This document shows positions 23,901-36,935 of a stretch of DNA of 64,000 nucleotides, piece by piece (positions within the stretch are counted from its first letter, which is position 1; every line of letters starts with the position of its first letter). Below the pieces are notes generated by a model, which saw only the letters and a list, made by a program, of their open reading frames with translations, had not been told where the DNA came from and searched no databases. The DNA comes from Octopus vulgaris. Lineage: Eukaryota. The stretch is from contig OX597829.1 of NCBI GenBank assembly GCA_951406725.2, forward strand, positions 27,528,001 to 27,592,000. The letters are read 5' to 3'. Both the position numbers and the translations under genes were made by a program.

Positions 23901-26900
23901 ACATACCTATATACATGTATACATACAGACACACACACAAATATATATATATATATACATACACAGACATATATCTATATGTGCAAAGATATGTTGTATG
24001 CTTTATACACAAAATTTTCATTCTTGTTCATGCATATTGAAACAAAAAGATTTTTTAATTGGCAAAGAAATTAAAATTTAGAACAGTGGAATAGCAAAAA
24101 TAAAACAAAAAACACAGTGTAAAAGTAAATATTCTGTAAATAAAGTATATACATTTAAATAGAGTATATATATATATATATATATATAAGTTTGTATGTA
24201 CATATATGCATATATGTATATAATGTTTTTCATGCAAAATATGTATTGATATGATATACTGTAGATCTAAAGGTGGCCATTTGGCAGAACCATTTCAGCA
24301 TCTGATTGCTTTGTGGTAATTGTTCCAGTTTTCTAGAATCTGAGTTCATATACCACTGAGGTTAACTTTGCTTTTGAGTATTTGGGGGATGGGGTGGTCA
24401 ATGAATAGAGTACCGGCTCTGTACTGGGGCTGGGAATGATTTTTCCTTTTCTCTCCACTCTTTCCATTTTTTTTGCATTTGTCTTTCTCCATTCTAGAAA
24501 AAATTGGCTGTAGCTAGACCCGGAGGGGAATGTGTGAGCAGTGGTCAGGTCTAAAAGTGCCTGAGACACAGCATGTATCATGATAGCACCCCTATGACTG
24601 CCAAGGAGATGAGGGTGCAAGGCAAAGCAAAAAGAAGTTCTAATGAGAAGCCAATGAATTTTGTGACATTGTGTGACAGGAACATTACTAATGACTTCAG
24701 ACATCATGTTGTATAGTAAAGCTGCTCATCACACAAAATATTTCTTTGATATAGCCACGATGCCACAAATTTTTGAGGAGAGCTAGACTTGGTTATATTC
24801 AACCCCAGCACTTGACTGCTACATTATCTTATTGACCCAAGAAGGAAAAGAATAACAAAGTGAACGCCAACAGGATTTGAACACAACATAAAAAGGATAT
24901 ATAATTATTACCACAATGCATTTTGTCTGATGTTTTACTAAATCTATCAATCCACAGATTCTGAGTTACGAATAATAATAGTAAAAACTATTTATTTTTT
25001 TAATATAAGTGTTAAAAATAAAAAAAAAAACATGTCCCACCCACCTTGTTTTTAATGCAACATTTAAAGAATAATACATAAGCAGTTTTATCAGCATTGT
25101 CTCTTTTATTCATATTTGTAGAAAACTTTCAGTTTGCACCTTTCCTACACCATTTAATGTGAGTGTAACAAAGAAGCAAAAGGACTAATGACTGCTCGGG
25201 AATCAGTGAGTTTGTTTTTGCTTTATGAAAGACGTATTAATAATCAATTGAGATTGTACACATTGCTCTGTTTTTAAATAAAGATATTTTAACTTTGGCA
25301 CAAGGCCACACAAATTTGTTGGGAATAGGAATATTATAGTCAATTGAACTGGCCCAGTATATATAAAACCAGTAACTGGCTTGTTAGGTCCAGATGGACA
25401 AAAAAAATAAATAAATAAAATAAAAAGTCATATTCAGTGGGATTTGAATACAGGATATACAGAAATGTAACTGAACACCACCAGGCATTTTCACCGATAC
25501 ACTATTATTTCTACCATGGACAACCATTCATGATTTTTATATAAAATAACAAGCCATTGTTTTACGTAATATGAATTTAGTGCTGTGTTAATAATAATCT
25601 AAAACTGCATTAGGAAAATGCAATGATAGTTTGTTTTTTTTTCAATATTGATTTCAATTTAATATGAAGGAGATAATGAAAGAAATGAATGAATCTATTT
25701 ATTGAAATAAATGTATAAACATTTGTTTAATCCATTATTTGATGGTATATTATTACAACTTTGCACAGATGGATGCATTATTTGTTATATGAACAAAAGC
25801 ATAAATAAAGAAAACTCTTTGCAAAAAATAAAACGATAATAATAAAATTCAAAATGTATATGTATTTTGTTTAATGAGGAAAAAAAAAGGACCTTTCTTT
25901 TACATCTTTTTTTTTTTTGTCAGAGCAAAAATAACACAAGTATCATTTTTTTTCTTTTTAAGAAATAATAAAAGAAAGGAAAGGAATTCATATACAAACA
26001 AATATAACTAAAAATATAAATTTTATTATATTTTCTCATTGTTGTTGGTACATTTGAAAAAATTCAGCAATGGGAAATTGTTTCCACCATCAATGTTATT
26101 TTTGATGACCCTTTGTGGCAATCATAATATCATCTTGATGACTTATCAGAGTGATCTTGTGAAATAATTGTTTCTAACACAGAACACAAGGTCTGAAATT
26201 TGGAGGGAGGAAGAGTAGTCAATTACACTGACACCAGCACATAAAAAGTATTTTATATATTTGACACCGGAGGGATGAAAGGCAAAGTAAACTTTAATGA
26301 GATTTGAACTCAGATCATAAAAATCCCAGAAGGAAGGTATTTTCTCCAGTGCTTTAATGATTCAGCCAAGCCTCTTGCTTTTTGATCTTGTGAAATAACA
26401 TAACCAAGACTGTACCATACAGACAGGCTGAATGTCTTATTTCATAGCCAGAGAACAGCTCAGCTATAATTAGTTGCTCTCTCTCTCTCTCTGTCTCTTA
26501 CACACACACATACACTCACTCAAGCTTAATATATAGGACAGGCTGAAGGGTAAGTGAAGACCAGTTCCTGATGTTTCGTAAATTATGAACGTTTTTTACA
26601 CAGGCACAAGACCAGGTATTTTTGGAGTGTGAGGGCTTAATGAATTACAGTACTATCTTAAAAAAATTGACTTCATCGGGATTTGAATTCAGAATATAAA
26701 GAACCAGAAGAATTACTACAAGACTATCTGTCTGATTCTCTTACTAAAGGTTCTACCAGTTGACAGGCCCTTTTTTAAAAAAAATTACTATAACAAAGAA
26801 GTTTATACTGCTCTTGCAATGAAACAATGTGAGTAAAGAAAAGGACAGCATGGAGTATTTGTGAGACAAACGACACAAGTATGGAAAAAAAAATAAAGTG

Positions 26901-27452
26901 GTTAAAAAGGCAAGGTCAGGGTGGGGTGATAAAGACAAAAAATAAATACCACAAAAAAAAAGAAAAAAAATTATGACACAGCTTTAAAAGAACTCGTTAT
27001 ATCAATGGGTAATAAAAACTGAAGACGACAAAGATTAACATTTTATTTTACATAATTACTCACAATTTATAAGACTAACAGCACCGGCCCTCCCCTCTTA
27101 CAGACTTTTCCCACCTAGAAAAACATTCTAAATATATATATATAATGTGAAAGTTGTAAGATATGTAGATAATGCAATTAGTAATGGTTGGTTATACAGT
27201 CATACTCCAGCACAAACATACACATGTACATACATATATATATATTATATACACACATACACACAAATACTTATGTATACATGTATTTGCACACTCTGTA
27301 ATGTTGTTGGCACTAAAAAAGACGTCCAGCTCTAGAAATCATGTTAAAGCAGGCACTAGAGCTTAGCACAGCTTTCTAGCTTGTCGGTTCCTGTTGAACC
27401 ATCCAACCCATGCCAGCATGAAAAAGGGATATTAAATGATAATGATGATAAC

Positions 27453-27496
<44 letters not shown>

Positions 27497-27693
27497 GATA
27501 GGCACAGGTACGGCTCTGTGGTTAGGAAGCTTGCTTCTCTACCACATGGTTTCAGGTTCAGTCCCACTGCATAGTACCTTGGGAGAGTGTCCAACTATAG
27601 CCCCAGGCTGATAAAAGCTTTGGTAGTAGATTTTGTTGACAAAAGCTGAAAGAAGTTCATTGCGTGCATGTGAGTGAATGAATGAATGAATGA

Positions 27694-27743
<50 letters not shown>

Positions 27744-28258
27744 ATGCATCCTCAGCTTGATATTATGTGATACTTGTGAGTATTGTATCATACAAGTTGT
27801 GCCAACCGTTTTCAATCTTCCAGGAAAAAAACATGTGACCATGTCAAAATGTTACCTTGTTTGGAAACAGGTGGCAATAGGAAGGGCATCCAGCCATAGA
27901 GAAATCTACCTCAATGAATTCCACCAGAACTATGCAAGCATTAAAATGATGATGGTGGTGATGATGAAACACTTGCATGCAAAATGAGGTACACCCATTC
28001 AGCTATTTCATAATACTGGCAAATTATTGAGCATCAGAAAATAGGGACTCACTGATAATGATATCGAAAGAAAACTATAAAGGTATACACACACACACAT
28101 ACATGTAACATAACAATTTGATGACAGCTTAGCTGAAGTAACTGTCAACAACATTCTTGTTTCAGAATAATAATTTTGTACTCAACAAAAGTATAGAATA
28201 ACCCATCAGATTAATCTAAAATTGTTTTTATTATAACTGAACATAAAAACAAACATTA

Positions 28259-28300
<42 letters not shown>

Positions 28301-28499
28301 AAGGTCATCCAACAGCAGAAACCATGCCAAATTAGACATTGGAGTTTGGCACAGTCCTCTGGCTCGCCTGTCTCTGTCAAATTATTCAGCCCATGCCAGC
28401 ATGGAAAAATGGATGATGATGATGATATGTATATATATATACACACACACACACACATAGATATGTATAATAACTCTCGTTCTGCAGGATACAGAATTA

Positions 28500-29995
28500 A
28501 CAACCTAATGACAGGTGAATGGTAGTCTGTAGAATGAGGAAAAAAAGTGACATAAGTGTAAAGGTATATAAAAAAAAAATACTCTTCTCTAATACAAACA
28601 TTTTAGGGGCATAAGAATGAACAGAATAGCAATCTGCATAGCCAAAGATCTGAAATAGAAAATATACACCCTAAGGTAAATGTGGAACGACTTTATTTGC
28701 CAAGAAAAGAGGGTGGCCATTGAATCTTACAACTTGAATAGTCACTGAAAACATTTATCTGAAAAATCCTGATGACTAGATGCTAAAACTTATCTTAAAG
28801 CATAGAAACAAGAAAACCTCATATTCAGTAACAAAAGAGGCAAGGAAACATCTAAGTGAATTCCAAATACAGAAAGTTCCAGAATTAGATGAACTGGGAA
28901 CGAGTTCAGAAAAAGCTAAATGCATGAAAACCCGTGTTACAAATGCTGCTTTTAATATTCTCACTGATAAATGGAAAGATAAACCACTTCAATGGTCAAT
29001 ACCCAAAGAGAGCTTACAAGGCTGATGTTGATAAAGCTCTTACCAATCAATGATCAGTGTTTTCTGGCTTAAAATTAGAAACAGAAGGGTTTATCATAGC
29101 ATCCCAGGATCAATACCTACCTACAAGAAGCTACCTGGCCAACATCTTAAAGAGGAGCAGTAGCCCAACATGTCATGAATGTAAATAGCAGACTGAAACC
29201 ATTGATCATATTCTCTCGATGTGCAGCCTTCTTGTACCCTCAGAGTATCTCAAAAGGCATGAGAGTGGCACCACAATATATTCACTGGGTTATTTTGCAA
29301 GGATCATGAAAAAAACTAGTAGGAACACAAACCACCTCCAAAGCTTGAAAATGATAATATCTTACTCCTATGGAACTTTTCTGTTCAAACTGACAGAATG
29401 GTAGATGCAAATACGCCTGACATTTTACTGAAGGATTTCAGACAAAAATCATGCCTGCCCATTGATATAAATCTGTCAAGACCTACCAAAAATTTGAGCA
29501 AATATAAAGATCTTGAAATAGAAATTGGAAAAATATAGAAACGCAAGACTAGAACAATACCTGTTGTCATTGGTAACCTCAGAATGATAGCAAAAGAGGC
29601 TGATTGTTTCCTATCTCAGATTCCAGTAAATTAAAAAAATGGAAGAAATGAAAAAAATTAGCGCCCAGGGGAACTGTTCATATCCCACGAAAAAATACTA
29701 TGTAAGTCCAAAAAGAATTTAATCTGTAAACATTATCAAAAGTACTTTTAAATGTACATAATAGCAAACACCTTTTACTGTCATCTTAACATCACACTAT
29801 CATCTTATCACCAAACTACTTTTAAGAACTTTTAGTTTTCTTATGTTTTGACAGATATTCTCTAGAAGAATACTTTGTACAAATTCAAAAACATGGCACA
29901 ACAACCCTAGTTACAACACTGACTCGAACTTGTATGTTGAGGTCTCTGCTTGAGACTTGGAGTCAACATGTGTAAAGACAAAACAAAATCATAAA
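28500..29995 (+). mobile_element. R4/Dong-clade non-LTR retrotransposon 3' remnant (RLE endonuclease)
   Basis: Broken frames give VERLYLPRKEGG, WKDKPL, GLKLETEGFIIASQDQ, ETIDHI, EYLKRH, VQTDRMVDANTPDILLKD, KYKDLEIEI and IPVVIG. The element ends in TAA-rich sequence. Confidence 0.8.
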
Positions 29996-30044
29996 ATAAT
30001 AATTATATATTTATTATATTATTATAAAAATATAATAAAATAAT

Positions 30045-30247
30045 AATCCTTTCTACTATATGCACAAGGTCTGAAATTTTTGGATATTACATCGACCCCA
30101 ATGCTTGACTGGTACTTTTCTCATCAACTCTGAAAAGATGAAATGCAAAGTCAACCTCAGCAGAATTTGATCTCAGAATATATAAACAGACAAAATACCA
30201 CTGAGCATTCCACCCGACATGCTAACAATTCTGCCAGCTCGCCGCCT

Positions 30248-30286
<39 letters not shown>

Positions 30287-30496
30287 CCTTTCTATTATAG
30301 GCACAAAGCCTCAAGCTTTGGGGCAAGGGACTAGTTGATTACATCGACCCCAGAATTTTACTGGTACTTAATTTACGGAAAGAATGAAAGGCAAAGTTAT
30401 CCCCAGTGGAATTTGAACTCAGAATGTAGCGATGGGTGAAATACTGCTAAGCATTTTGCCCAGCATGCTAACGATTCTGCCAGCTTGACACTTTTC

Positions 30497-30546
<50 letters not shown>

Positions 30547-30978
30547 TAATGATGGTTTCAAATTTTGGCACATGGCCAGCAATTTCAAGGGATGGGGTAA
30601 GTCAATTAGGTTGACCTCATTGTTCAGCTGGTACTTATTTTATTGACCATGAAAAGATGAAAGGCAAAGTTGACTTCGATGGAATTTGAACTTAGAATGT
30701 AAAGACAAATGAAATGCTGCTAAACATTTTGCCTGGTGTGCTATCAATTTGAGGAGGAGGGGGAGGAGGAGGATTCTTTCTGCTAGGGGCACAAGACCTG
30801 AAATTTGAAGGGAGGGGACTACTTGATTACATCATGCCTGCTGCTCCACTGGTACTTATTTTATTGACCTCAAAAAGATGAAAGGCCATGGTGAAATTCA
30901 AACTCAGAATGTACAGCCAAAAGAAACGCCACCAAGCATTTTGTCCGGTGTGCTAACAATTCTGCCAACTTGCTACCT
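30045..30978 (-). mobile_element. Four head-to-tail short family-B SINEs, the first three bordered by (AAT)n
   Basis: Units at ~30045-30248, 30286-30490, 30555-30750 and 30775-30978, each with variants of ACTGGTACT...GAAAGGCAAAGT...GAATTTGAACTCAGAATGT. Confidence 0.8.
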
Positions 30979-33099
30979 TGATGATGATGAAAATATTTTC
31001 TAATCTAGGAAGAAGGTTACAAGTTTGTAAGGATGGTGGTGGTGGGGTTTAGAAAATGGTAATGTACTTATATGTTATTGGTCCCTATTTTATCAACCCT
31101 GAAAAGTTGCAAGTGAAAACAAGACATATCAAAGATTTGATTCAGAATGCAAAGTGAAACATGAATAAATGCTGAGAGTCTTTAATTCAAACAATTTCCA
31201 AACAAAATTTTACCCACACCCTTTGAGTAATTCAATAGATTGAATTTATTAATTACCGATTGAGTATTCATTCAACTTGTGAGTGCTTGTGTTTGCATGT
31301 ATAAAACAAATACATATGTATGTATGTATATGTGTGTAGATATATATATATATGTATATATATATAGTTTCTGTCATGAGAATTTAGAAACTTTAAGAGA
31401 ACATGAAATAATTCATTTTTAACTGTAGAAATCAAAATATGTAAAACTATAAACAACAGCATGTAAAGATTTTGAAAAGAAAATGGGTTTTTAACCAAAT
31501 ATTTACATGATTTAATTTATAACTTAATCTACTTTGAATTCTACAGCTAAAAGTAAATTCTATGTATGCACACACATACACACATACTCAAAAGATAAGA
31601 AAGACTTATGCCATCTTCATTTTCTTTCATATAATTATGGTATATTACATACCATACTCAGCAAAGCAATATGAGAGAAGGAGGAGAGAAAGAGAAAGAA
31701 TAAGAGAAAATGAAGGAGAAATGAGAAGGAATGAAGAAGAGGAGTAATGAGGGTAGAGGGTGAAGTAGAGAGGGATAAAATAAATTAAAGGCATATTAAA
31801 TTGAAAATTTAAAAAACTGTAAGTTTTTTTTATACAAGGGCTTTTACACTGACCCCCCCCCCCCACACACACACACATACACTTTATTACCACCCACTAT
31901 TTTATTGATCATAAAACAGGGTAAAAATCAAAGTATAACTTAGCAGGATTTGAACTTGAAACCAAAACCAGTGCAGCGCATTTCAATTTCCTCAGCTTAA
32001 TTAAATAATTCCTGTTTAGTATAAATCAGTGATTTACTACTTAAAAAATGATACCCTAGATCTGGACAAGTAAGAAGTATGTGAAATGTTGGGATTCAAG
32101 TTTTCTCTCTACAGTTAGAAAGAATATTAGTAGGTATTTAATGTAAATGATTATACAAGATCAGGATTCAGTGAGAATTGCACCAAATCGTGATGGATAT
32201 GAAATCTGATAATCTACTCCATGTACCATCAGCTGTCACTCCCAAGTGAATATGACTTGCAAGTGACATATGCCATGCTTTGCTCATTGTTTTAGATGTC
32301 TATATAGTTGCAAGCAGAGATAGATACCTTCTTGGTACCGCCCCCTTGAGCCTGTAGAACATCCAAGGTGTGACTGGTAGAGGCTGAGAGAGAGAGAGAG
32401 AGAGAGAGAGCATCAGACATACAGTTGCTAACCGGCACCTAGATGGTTCTCATTACAGCTGAGTAGGCCAGAGCAATGTGAAATGAAGTACCTTTCTCAA
32501 GGACACAATTTCCTACACGGCCCAGGAATTGAAACCATAACAGTATAATCATGATTATAACCATCCTGCTAACCATTAGGCCACACAGTGTCACTACTCT
32601 AAATATATTCTGTACTTCACCAAGACTAAGATTTGTTGGTTCTGATAACATAATTACTTGTAGTATACACTAGTTGGTTACTTACAACCATTCCTTACAA
32701 AGACAGGGGTTGTTGCTCATCCAGAAAAATTTTTAATAAAAAGTTTGGTGCTGGATGAGATTAAACCATAATTAGCTGAACTAAACCACTCCATGAAGTG
32801 TGTGTGCGCGCACACATACATACACACACACACACACAAAATATACAAGCATACACAAGCTGTATAGTTAAGAAAAAATAGTAATTCATTCAATTTAAAA
32901 ACCAATCAATCATTTTTCTTTATTTTCACATGGCTCTTTCTATTATATATATACATCATGAAAAATATATACACATATCTATTTATATATATATATATTT
33001 TATGAAAATATAAATCATTTGCATCATTGCGACTTTCAACATGGAGTATTCAATCCATTAAAAAAGGAAAAAGGAAAGCAAGATATACACACACATATG

Positions 33100-33144
<45 letters not shown>

Positions 33145-33615
33145 CATAACAGTTCCAAGACAATATAAACTATTTTCTGAAGTATGTAAATTCTCTTTCT
33201 CTCTCTCTTTTCTATGTCTATCTGTCTCTCTCTTTCTCTCACACACACACAGACACACAATTCAGAAAGCAGTTTAGAAAGTATATTTCTAGACCAAAAT
33301 CATTTTTCTCATCTCATAAAAGATAATGATAAAATTATTAAAAAAAAACAATTTTTTTTAATATATAAAAATATGAACAATAAAAACAAAATAAACAAAA
33401 AATATATAAACTAATAATAGCAACAATAACAACAATAAAAGCTTTTGGAAGAAATAAATACCATCATGAGTATATCACAATGTAGTTTCATATTACAATG
33501 GCATGGTAAAGATAGATTGCATTCATGGTAGAATTTTACAATCCATAGCATCCAGAACATTTTAGTAGGTGGTATGTAATCAAAAGAGAAAAATAAAACA
33601 AAGAAGTTAACAATC

Positions 33616-34122
33616 TCAAGGTGATACTCGACCAGGAGTGATTGGTAAAGATATGTCTTGGTCTATCTTGATGACAAGTTCTTTCAATTCTTGTAGTTCT
33701 CTTTCAGTATGTTCATACTTGTGAGCGACCAAGCGCTTGTAGAAGTGAATTCCAAATATAATAAATAGAATCAAAACTGGAATGACAAGTGCTGTGGATG
33801 CCATAGCCGCGTTAACGCTAGGTTTATAGAACTTAACCCAAGACAATATTGCAATTTCAACAAGAAACAGCAAAGTTCCCAGACCAGTGGAGAATCCCCA
33901 AGCCATTTCTATATACCATCGCATCTTTTCATGTGGGGATTCTTTCACAGCAGAGAAAGAATTCATGTTACTCACAGCCTCGATATTAGGAAGTATGCAT
34001 GTACTGATCATCAGAGCTATTAAGTGGACAGCAACAAGTAATGTTGTGCAGACACTAAACGCAACTAGAAGACAGTCTGGCAATGGTGATTTTTCTTCAA
34101 ATTGTATTTCAACCATAGCAAC
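33616..34122 (-). CDS. Orai: Orai coding exon 2, aa 53-220 plus stop
   Basis: A polypyrimidine tract and CAG acceptor (AG at 34123-34124) precede VAMVEIQ...CTTLLVAVHLIALMISTCILPNIEAVSN...ESPHE...WGFST...LFLVE...WVKF...HFYKRLVAHK...ELQEL. Joined in phase 0 with exon 1 it gives SGFAM|VAMVE, containing the selectivity-filter Glu (E57, equivalent to human E106). Confidence 0.97.
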   Translation of the reverse strand, partial: VAMVEIQFEEKSPLPDCLLVAFSVCTTLLVAVHLIALMISTCILPNIEAVSNMNSFSAVKESPHEKMRWYIEMAWGFSTGLGTLLFLVEIAILSWVKFYKPSVNAAMASTALVIPVLILFIIFGIHFYKRLVAHKYEHTERELQELKELVIKIDQDISLPITPGRVSP

Positions 34123-34268
34123 CTGCAGTAAAAAAAAAGAAAATATTAAAAAAATAAAGATGTATTAATACACAAGAAACACATCTTACAACTTAATTAA
34201 AATGAACATTTTGCACTTTAAAGACAAACAAATTGGATTTTCTTTTCTGAATGATTTAGCATTTAAAG

Positions 34269-34525
34269 CAGTGGTTCTCAACCGTTTTTTGCCTAGGGAC
34301 CCCATTGATTCCCATTTTACTCGACTGGACCCTAACAAACATTCAATGTTTAAAAAAAGTCCCATTGTATTTTGATAATTAAATATTACTGGGAATTGTA
34401 TAACAAAAATTATTAAAATATTTTGTTTATTGTACAAGTATAACCAATTTATTGCACATAGATTTTAACAGCAAAATCTTACACGAATACCCAAGGTCCG
34501 TGTGGACCCTGGTTGAGAACTAGTG
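34269..34525. mobile_element. hAT MITE with perfect 8-bp TSD
   Basis: TIRs are CAGTGGTTCTCAACC and GGTTGAGAACTAGTG. The TSD atttaaag is at 34261-34268 and 34526-34533. A related 3' fragment is at ~4760-4903. Confidence 0.92.
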
Positions 34526-34629
34526 ATTTAAAGACTACGAAAGACTACCTATTTTGCAAACTGGCTGGGACTAGTTTTGATGACATTAGCATTTGGCAGC
34601 TGTAAAATTCATACTAGCTTCATTCCTTG

Positions 34630-35910
34630 TAAGCTTATGCATGTCCTCAGCAGTCACAGCTCATGTAGCATGGCTGTTTGCACATGCGTCATACAGTCTA
34701 CCTTTTACTCTGAGCTAGAGGCCCTTTGTCACCAGCAGAGGTAGGAGCTCTCTGAACTTTGCCCAGGCTATACTTATTCTAGCTACACCCTCAGAGCATC
34801 TACCCCCACTACTGACTTGGTCACCTATATAACAGAAGCTATTAACTACTTATAGTTTTTCCCCTTGGCATGTGACAGAAGCTCTTTTTCGGCTCATTTT
34901 CAGTGTTTATTGCTCCTGAGCATTTGCCACACACAAAAACTATCTTCCCAGTTAGCCTTCCTTTGATATTGCTGCACCTCTTATGTGTCCATTGCTTACA
35001 CTGGGTATATCTTATGGAGTTTCTACCTATGCCTTTTCTACAGATCAAGCAGGGCCATCTACCTGAAGGAATTGTGATTAGTCTGCTTTCCTACTTATTA
35101 AGACTTTGGTTTTTGCTAGATTAACTCTAAGGCCCTTTGATTCTAGACCTTGCTTCCACACCTGAAATTTCTTCTCTAGTTCTGATAGTGACCCAGCTAT
35201 CAGAGCAAAGTCATCAGTATAGAGAAGCTCCCAGGGGCAACCTGTCTTGAATTCTTCTGTTATTGCCTGGAGGACTCTGAATAAAAGGGGGCTGAGGACT
35301 GATCATTGGTGGACCCCTACTCCTACCTGAAATTCTTCACTATACTAGTCGCCAACCCTCATCTTACTGACAGATCTCTGTACATGGCTTCTATTGCTCT
35401 CACTAACCATTCATCTATCTCTAATTTCTTCATTGACCACCAGATAAGGGATTGAAAGCCAGGTGCAGAGGCTTATCTTTGGCTAGGTATTTCTCCTGCA
35501 GCTGTCTCACCAGAAATAGAGCATCAGTGGTACTTTTCCTGGCACAAACTCAAACTGCATCTCGTCTAGACTGACTCTCTCCCAATTAGTTAGGCTATGA
35601 CCCTCTCCGTGACCTTCATTACCTGATCCAACAACTTGATACCTCTGTAATTATTCGTATCTAATGCATCACCTTTACCTTTGTAGCAGTTGACTATGGT
35701 GCTGCTACACCAGTCACTGGATATGACTCCATGTATCACCTGATTGACTATATGGGTGACTAAACTATAGTTGACACCACCAGATATTTTAAGCATCTTT
35801 GCGGTGATTCCTGATGGGCCAGGGCTTTCCCTGTCTTCATACTCTTAATTGCTTTATCTACCAAGGTACTGTCAATTTGGATTGTTGGTCCCTCTGTTGG
35901 GTCAACATTC
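34630..35910 (-). pseudogene. RTE-clade LINE reverse transcriptase remnant
   Basis: NYRGIKLLDQVMKV.ERV, VLSPLLF, GCPWELLYTDD, and a Cys-rich ICRKG...QCKQWTHKRC...CGKC segment, with multiple frameshifts. Confidence 0.85.
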
Positions 35911-36128
35911 GGCATCATCATCCATTCGGATACATTTCATTTATATATATAAGGTCCTAGTAGGGTATAGAAATAGAGTATTTCCAGTGAAGCACTTAAT
36001 CTCAGTACTGCGCTATTAACATGGTAGGATTCCAGACTAATACTAGAATACTTCAGGTGTAGAAAATTCTGCTTTCACAACTGTAAAACCATTATGTAGG
36101 TTAAACAAGAAGTAAAATATAATCCAAA

Positions 36129-36159
<31 letters not shown>

Positions 36160-36202
36160 GTTTAACGTCCGCTTTCCATGCTAGCAAACATTATTTGGAT
36201 TT

Positions 36203-36231
<29 letters not shown>

Positions 36232-36235
<4 letters not shown>

Positions 36236-36935
36236 AAAAATAGGATAAAATCTTTATAAGAATTTATCAAGTAGTTAGCGTGAAAAACCTCATACGGAAA
36301 AAATCCATCAATTATTCCTCTTAACTATATTTACATTAAGGGCATTACTATACATAAAAGCCTCATGCTAGAAGGGACTCAGTCAAAACTACCATAATAA
36401 ACAAACACAATGTACCAAACACGAGAGAATGCAACTCTTGAAGTGAGCATTTTAAAACCAGATTCAGCTGCATATCATATGATTTCATAATTAGTGCACT
36501 GAATACACTTTTTGAATCGTCAGTGCAAGCATAATCAAGACACATAAAAATGAACAAAAAATCAACATACTAGATGAACACCAAATGTATCCAGCATAGT
36601 ACATAGAATTGTTCACACTTATATATCTGTGTAAAAGGCGGGCTTTTCGAAGTGTATCTTGGTACACATGTTTATTCAGAATAAAATTCAGCACTGAATA
36701 TATTCTGGTTAAATTTACAATTGAAAAATAGGATAAAATCTTCATAAGAATTTATCGAGTAGTTAGCAAGAAAAACCTCATAAGGAAAAAATCCATCAAT
36801 TATTCCTCTTAAATATATTTATTTATATTAAGGGCATTACTATACATAAATGCCTCACGCTAGGAGGGACTCTTAAAGTCAAAACTACCATAATAGATAA
36901 ACACATTGTACTGAACACGAGGGAATGCAATTCTT
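36232..36935 (-). mobile_element. Partial tandem pLTR-like repeat with hammerhead motif at 36469-36527
   Basis: A ~205-bp direct repeat (36232-36438 and 36721-36935). Between the copies, minus strand reads TGCA-CTGACGA...GAA-ATCATATGAT-A-TGCA. (TA)n lies at the left end. Confidence 0.65.

Noticed and set aside
33887-34168. Plus-strand 93-aa ORF
   Set aside because: Antisense shadow of Orai exon 2 with no recognisable motif.
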